This document shows, piece after piece, positions 11,409-16,809 of a stretch of 16,809 bases of DNA; position 1 is the first letter of the stretch, and every line of letters starts with the position of its first letter. The notes below the pieces were generated by a model, which worked only from the letters and a program-made list of their open reading frames with translations, was not told where the DNA came from and ran no database searches. Both the position numbers and the translations under genes were made by a program. The DNA is from Eledone cirrhosa (taxonomy: Eukaryota): the NCBI GenBank assembly GCA_964016885.1, contig CAXHJY010001079.1, positions 1 through 16,809 on the forward strand, given 5' to 3'.

Positions 11409-11413
<5 letters not shown>
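10798..11413 (-). mobile_element. Short RTE-clade-like retroelement (5'UTR-like part joined to the 3' end), no RT domain
   Basis: Minus strand: leader containing agcctttgtcaaggcagaattctaggaaaaggaaaactctg (RTE 5'UTR-like, from memory), ORF ending CSVCTRVFKSLVGLKSHTRSAHR*, then 3' stem-loop actcg-aaaa-cgagt (10814-10827) running into a TA-rich tail. (TA)n at the other end. Confidence 0.6.
10862..10933 (-). pseudogene. C2H2 zinc-finger coding remnant (C-terminus of a retroelement ORF)
   Basis: C-x2-C-x3-F-x5-L-x2-H-x4-H immediately before the stop of ORF 10862-11134. The upstream part of that ORF is not recognisable. Confidence 0.65.

Positions 11414-11469
<56 letters not shown>
11413..11469. 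repeat. (TA)n microsatellite
   Basis: Direct reading. Confidence 0.97.
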
Positions 11470-11470
<1 letters not shown>

Positions 11471-11957
11471 TCTTACCATCTATCTCCTTTTTGCCCCTCT
11501 CTCTCTCTGCTCCCTTACTAATTTCCCTCCTACTCACTTCCGTTTTCCTTCATCTCTTCCTCTTTGCGCCTGTTCTCGCTATGATCAGACGATATTTACT
11601 TCGCTTTCGTTCGCGCTGTTAATACGGGTTCAGAACTTATGTTCGGTCTCTGTATTAACTTCTCCCTCTCATCCCCCGGTGTGTTATGTTTTTATCTGTT
11701 AGTTTACACGGTGCTTGTCTATGTGTATTTATTTATGTAAGTTTGTTTGGAGAAAATATTTTCTCTTACAAAAAGATCTAAATCTAGATGAATATGGTTT
11801 GTATCTAAGAAGAACAATAGAGCTGGGATGGGAATTAATGTTTTTAGCTAATCTACCTACAGGCTAACAATCGTGTTTTCCATCAAGACACTCTATTCCA
11901 TGCTATTCATTCCACCCAGTCTTCAAAAATCTGTTGCACCTGAATATTTCAAATAGC

Positions 11958-12120
11958 CAGCTCTCTTGTACATTGTTGTGTTGAATCTTCTTGTGAACTA
12001 CGTTAAGGAGACACGTGTCTGTGAAAGATTGTGTCACTTGCACATTAATTTCATGAGCAGGTTGTACCGTTCTTCCAACAAATGGTACACTCATCGCCGG
12101 AACCGACGTAGATCCGGTAT
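11958..12120 (+). mobile_element. Decayed copy of a second, octopus-like SINE body and tail
   Basis: gaactacgttaaggagacacgtgtctgtg...cacttgcacattaatttcatgagcagg...aaccgacg matches my recollection of an abundant octopus repeat. No second copy in the window. Confidence 0.5.
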
Positions 12121-12245
12121 ACACTCACATATATATTTACGCAAACAGCTCATGCAGTTGTTTCTCACATACCACACATCCACGTGTATGTAGTCACACA
12201 GTACACATATCCCAAAACGTAAATATTGAAACTAAAATGGAAAAA

Positions 12246-12433
12246 TAATTGTTTCTACTTTAGGCACAAGGCCAGCAATTACCCAGTGCATTACTGGTAC
12301 TTTATTTTATCGACCCCGTAAGGATGAAAGGCAAAGTCAACCTCGGCGGGATTTGAACTCAGATCGTAAAGGGACGTAACTGTGCTGCAAAGCATGGCTT
12401 TCGACCCTCCACCGATACTGCCAATCCACCGCC
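12246..12433 (-). mobile_element. Full-length SINE, subtype-B-like, solo
   Basis: Reverse complement ggcggtggattggcagtatcgg...gttacgtccctttacgatctgagttcaaatccc...gtgcctaaagtagaaacaatta. Confidence 0.93.
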
Positions 12434-12532
12434 CTAAAATGGAAATATAATGCTTCTCCTTCGATTTGTAGCGGAGAGAAACAAGATTCTGTGTTTTCAA
12501 ACGTTTCGCTTAAGGAAACTTAATTGAAGAGT

Positions 12533-12597
12533 TGGAGAATTGGCAGAGTCGTTAGAACGTCTGGTTTTCAGTATTTATTCCAGGTCTCTGCGCTCTG
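12533..12597 (+). mobile_element. Old SINE head remnant
   Basis: ggagaattggcagagtcgttagaacgtctgg resembles the SINE A-box region; B box not retained. Confidence 0.4.
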
Positions 12598-13044
12598 CCC
12601 TGGGATCGATTCTTCCTCTCTATCACTTTTTCATCCCCCCCCCCCCCCCACTCTCTCTTTCACTCTGTTTCTTTCTCTGGAAGAAATCAGCTGTGTTCAG
12701 ACATGGAGAGGAGATGGGTTCTACTAGGTTTTAAAAACACTCCCAAGACATATTTATTTCTTCGGCACCCCTATGACTCCATCAAGAATTACGAGTCTAT
12801 ACATACAAATTAATTGAAATTAATTCAAGCCAGACTTGAAAGCGTGCTAAACTCTGTGTACCTATCTGTCTTACCCAATAACTGCGTCTTACTACTTGAA
12901 ACTTAAATATTTCTAAATCTTTTTGAATTTATTAAGTTCATTGGCTCAAAAGACTTAATCAACAAACATCTGTCAGATGATAAAATTAATATGCACGTTT
13001 ACATAATATCGATTTATGTAATAAATGATCCATCAAATAAAAAT

Positions 13045-13193
13045 AAAAGTAGAAATACGAACACATAACTATACAAGTTATAGAAGCAAATATTAACAAC
13101 ATTGAGGAGAGCATGCAAATGGTTTCCTCATGCTATAGAATTGTATAACATCAACCTGCTACTTAACAACGAACTCAACGACAAGATATTATA
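13045..13193 (+). pseudogene. Possible decayed CR1/L2-group LINE ORF2 C-terminus
   Basis: Broken frame YKL*KQILTTLRRACKWFPHAIELYN recalls the ...FFPxAIxLWN C-terminal motif. Short and interrupted. Confidence 0.3.
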
Positions 13194-13637
13194 AGTGTAA
13201 CTTCAACATGTTCATTAGTTTAATCACTTGAAAATTGCAATTTCATTTGAGTTGTGTTTATTTTGTAGCTAGAACTGTCAGATCTTGATAGCAAAACTCT
13301 TGTACATAGAGCTTTCATTGTAATCGGGTGTTTCGTTCATTGAAAAGGAGAAACGACGTTGCATCATAATTTGATATCAATGAGCAATTTTATTTCTACA
13401 TGATAATATTTACATATTTCTAGAACAATATTGGAGCTGAGATGAGCTAGACAATATGGAATTGCTCGTATTATTCCTATTCCGGCATTGATTAAAAAAG
13501 AAATTATGTTAACATTACTAAACAGCTAAAGTAAACTCCAGAGCAAAAGACTCCCCACATAACCATAATAATTCGAATATTTAAACCTAATACTTCGGTA
13601 TTGAGAACTCATTTTCAAGTCTATCAATGACACACGG

Positions 13638-13807
<170 letters not shown>

Positions 13808-13830
13808 AAGTGGTTGATTGGATGATATAC

Positions 13831-13878
13831 ACGTCTTCTGATGAGATGCAAATAGATCCGAAAATCGATTAAAGATGT
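13831..13878 (+). ncRNA. Minimal type I hammerhead, intact core
   Basis: acgucuu-CUGAUGA(13838-13844)-gau-gcaaauag-auc-c-GAAA(13860-13863)-aucgau-UA^-aagaugu. 7-bp stem I, palindromic stem III (AAUCGAUU), one extra C at the base of stem II; predicted site after 13871. Confidence 0.8.
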
Positions 13879-14020
13879 TTATCGTGTTTTTCAATTTACG
13901 GGGAAATTAGTATTTTCTGGCATATTTACCTGTTTATATATTTAACATATGTATAATGGAGTATTGAAGTTTGCTTGAAGCATTGTGGAATAATAAGGTT
14001 TTTTTTTGGGGGGGGGGGGG

Positions 14021-14263
14021 CGTTTTGGAAGCCTCAACAATGCAGATGGGTAAATCTGCGGGTAACAGAATCCGGTGGTGAAGAGAGAGAGATGTAAGGG
14101 AATGTAGAATGAGATGTATAGTGTGTAGCGGAACGTAATTTACGTTCCGCTACACACTATATATATATCTCATTCTACATTCCCTTACATCTCTCTCTCT
14201 CTTCACCACCGGATTCTGTTACCCGGAGATTTAGCCATCTGCATTGTTGAGACTTCCAAAACG
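14021..14263. repeat. 243-bp near-perfect palindrome with essentially no spacer
   Basis: 14021-14138 versus 14140-14263, centred on gtaa-t-ttac. About 4 substitutions plus a TA-length indel. Confidence 0.95.
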
Positions 14264-14559
14264 ACAAAAAAAAAAAAAAATCTAATATATGTATATTTAT
14301 ATACACGCTGGTGCAATCTCCGTTACACACACTGTATTTATTCATATATATCTCGCTCATATATTCACCCAGCTTATACTGATAGAATAACTATGTAGCT
14401 TGTGTCTTTCCTATCTTCGGTTAGCTTTCCTCTGTGTTGTTTACTTGTCTCACTCGCTTTACGCGTTTTAATTGTCCTAATAACTTATTTTAGTTATTAT
14501 TGCGCCAACGTGAGATATATGATTTTTAATGCAATGAAATACCTATGACCGTTGGTAAA

Positions 14560-14595
14560 TCACTGATGAGGGACTCATTTTATAACATGTTATCC
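14560..14595 (+). ncRNA. Hammerhead relic (5' core plus palindromic AACATGTT; GAAA and half of stem II missing)
   Basis: ca-CTGATGA-gggac-tcattttat-aacatgtt-a, in a pyrimidine-rich, TA-flanked segment. Confidence 0.35.
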
Positions 14596-14628
14596 ATGTG
14601 CAACCATGCAGTATTCTTCTCCCCATGT

Positions 14629-14663
<35 letters not shown>

Positions 14664-14664
<1 letters not shown>

Positions 14665-14761
14665 AGGGTCCGACGAGACGTTGATTACAGAGTCGGGCTA
14701 GATCGAAACAGATCTAACCTTGAGCTGATCAACAACGAAACGCGCGTCACTGCTCAATAAA
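14664..14761 (+). ncRNA. Type I hammerhead fold with a long stem II and U4C core variant, followed by AATAAA
   Basis: ggu-CCGACGA(14670-14676), a 60-nt hairpin (guugau/aucaac, cag/cug, ucggg/cuuga, uagauc/gaucua), GAAA(14737-14740)-cgcgcg-UC^-acu. AATAAA at 14756-14761. Starts right after a TA tract. Confidence 0.62.
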
Positions 14762-14819
14762 CGTAATGAAGATATAACAAATCGTCCTTTTATTATTATT
14801 ATTATTATTATTACCACCC

Positions 14820-15025
14820 GATTGGCAGTATCGGTAGAGGGTCGGACGCCATGCTTTGACGCATAGAGTTACGGCCCTTTCTATTCTGAGTTCAAATCCC
14901 GCCGAGGTTAACTTTGCCTTTCATCCTTACGGGGTCGATAAAATAAAGTACCAGTAATGCACTGGGGTAATTGCTGGCCTTGTGCCAAAAAGTAGAAACA
15001 ATTATTATTATTATTATTATTATTA
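14820..15025 (+). mobile_element. Near-full-length SINE, subtype A, with (ATT)n tail
   Basis: Very similar to 7149-7334; (ATT)n on both sides. Confidence 0.93.
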
Positions 15026-15196
15026 TAGAGGGTCGGACGCCATGCTTTCCAGCATAGTTACGTCCCTTTATGATCTGAGTTCAAATCCCACCGAGGTTAA
15101 CTTTACCTTTCATCCTTACGGGATAGATAAAATAAAGTACCAGTAATGCACTGGGATAATTGCTGGCCTTGTGACTAAAGTAGAAACAATTATTAT
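15026..15196 (+). mobile_element. SINE subtype B, A box truncated, tandem to the previous copy
   Basis: ctttccagcatagttacgtcccttta and cccaccgagg diagnostics, as in 7335-7520. Confidence 0.92.
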
Positions 15197-15226
15197 CTTA
15201 TATACAAACATACATATACACATATA

Positions 15227-15353
<127 letters not shown>

Positions 15354-15669
15354 AAACACGTATGTTTATAGAAATCTATTTTCTCTTTTATCAAAATAAA
15401 TAAATTCTTCTGACTTTAATTTATGATATTTTAATACTGACAGCAAACGAGACCAATTTACCCCAATGTTTGATCATGAATCACCATAGTTGTAATATAT
15501 TCTCTAGCCCTCTGTAAAAGCCATTGCTCTAGCCCCTACCAATCATTGCGCCATATCGACGAAGTTTACAAGTGTTTATAATCTTAGCCATCTTTATAAC
15601 TTCACAACTTCACTTCTCATACACTAAATCATTGCTACTACTATTTCTTCTTTCCTTATAATACGTTTT

Positions 15670-15972
15670 AGACACACACAGACACACACAGACACAGACA
15701 CAGACACACACACACACAGACGCACTCACACACACAGACACACACACACAGACAGACACACACACACACACAGACACACACACACAGACATACACACACA
15801 GACATACAGACACACAGACACAGACACACAGATACACACACAGACACACACAGACACACAGACAGACAGACAGACAGACACACAGACACACACACAGACA
15901 GACAGACAGACACACACACACAGACACACAGACAGACACACACAGACAGACAGATACACAGACACACAGACA

Positions 15973-16014
<42 letters not shown>

Positions 16015-16043
16015 GACAGACAGACAGACAGACACACAGACAT
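15670..16043. repeat. Complex (CA)n/(CAGA)n satellite
   Basis: Direct reading; explains the C/V/S/L-rich ORFs at 15610-16094. Confidence 0.97.
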
Positions 16044-16093
16044 ATATATAATGTGTATAAATCGAAGTTGTAACCGCAGTATAGCAGATACCA

Positions 16094-16097
<4 letters not shown>

Positions 16098-16140
<43 letters not shown>
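16098..16140. repeat. (TA)n microsatellite
   Basis: Direct reading. Confidence 0.96.
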
Positions 16141-16143
<3 letters not shown>

Positions 16144-16144
16144 A

Positions 16145-16197
16145 GAGCTTCTACAGGACTAGAACTGTTTCATTCGTGAGAAATCATCAGGAAGCTC
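16145..16197 (-). ncRNA. Type I hammerhead ribozyme, family A, intact core (copy 1 of tandem pair)
   Basis: gagcuuc-CUGAUGA-u-uuc-ucac-gaa-u-GAAA-cag-uucuaguc-cug-UA^-gaagcuc. 7-bp stem I, GUA triplet, predicted cut between 16152 and 16151. Confidence 0.85.
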
Positions 16198-16252
16198 ACG
16201 AATGAAACAGAGAAGCTCTTCTATTTTATATATATATAATAGAGAAGGAGAA

Positions 16253-16305
16253 GAGCTTCTACAGGACTAGAACTGTTTCATTCGTGAGAAATCATCAGGA
16301 AGCTC
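16253..16305 (-). ncRNA. Type I hammerhead ribozyme, family A, intact core (copy 2)
   Basis: Identical to copy 1, offset 108 nt; predicted cut between 16260 and 16259. Confidence 0.85.
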
Positions 16306-16422
16306 ACGAATGAAACAGTTCTAGTCCTGCAGAAGCTCTTCTATATTAAAACTTGTATACTCTGTTATGTATTGAGTACCTTACTTACTGTGGTTACCTC
16401 CGACTCAACCCGGAATAACTTA

Positions 16423-16455
<33 letters not shown>

Positions 16456-16772
16456 TGTTCTACGATGACCTCCCCTTCCCATTTGGGGACAGTGTGAAAT
16501 TTCTTTTTGAACAACTGCTGGACTTTCAAACTTAGCAGTCCTTCTAGCACTGATGGAGACCATCGCTGAATATTAATATCAATGTAGTTTGTTATATTGA
16601 TATTGCCTGGGCATCTACTTATGAGTTATAAGAGCCCACCTGCATGGATATCTATGGATTATATGCAAGCTTCTACATAACATGGACATTATTTTAGCAC
16701 CTTGTAGAAATCTTATAGCGAAACGATCGTATGGAAAGAAAGAGAGATTTATTTAATTATGTCTCATATAAA

Positions 16773-16809
16773 ATAATTGTTTCCACTTTTGGCACAAGGC
16801 CAGCAAATT
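16773..16809 (-). mobile_element. SINE 3' end, continues beyond the window
   Basis: Reverse complement aatttgctggccttgtgccaaaagtggaaacaattat. Confidence 0.8.

Larger units (their letters stand above)
16135..16420. mobile_element. TA-flanked double fold-back HHR element (pLTR-like 3' end with inverted duplications)
   Basis: Two hairpins: 16141-16222 (right arm has a 12-nt deletion) and 16249-16342 (40-bp arms, 1 mismatch, 14-nt loop). Then ATTAAA and a T-rich tail run to the TA tract at 16421. Confidence 0.75.

Noticed and set aside
16455-16740. Possible LINE RT fragment on the minus strand (LLSLKVQQLFK)
   Set aside because: Similarity is too weak and interrupted by stops to call without a search.

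Overview
AT-rich, microsatellite-dense eukaryotic non-coding DNA with no recognisable host exon. Almost every supplied ORF is a translation of (TA)n, (CA)n, (GA)n or (GCGT)n. The SINE family and the repeat landscape resemble an octopod cephalopod genome (recognised from memory, not verified). The window holds about 11 full or partial copies of one tRNA-derived SINE, including two A-then-B dimers. It also holds an 88-bp hAT-type MITE, a short RTE-like element with a C2H2 finger and 3' stem-loop, a Tc1/mariner-type TIR remnant and several long fold-back inverted repeats (213-bp identical arms; a ~120-bp-arm palindrome). The main signal is a cluster of type I hammerhead ribozyme (HHR) motifs of the Penelope-pLTR/retrozyme kind, from several unrelated sequence families. 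Five have intact cores, two have a single U4 substitution, and several more are relics. Nearly all lie next to (TA)n or (GT)n tracts, and several sit inside fold-back hairpins, including a tandem pair 108 nt apart. All structures were paired by eye; nothing here demonstrates transcription or cleavage.
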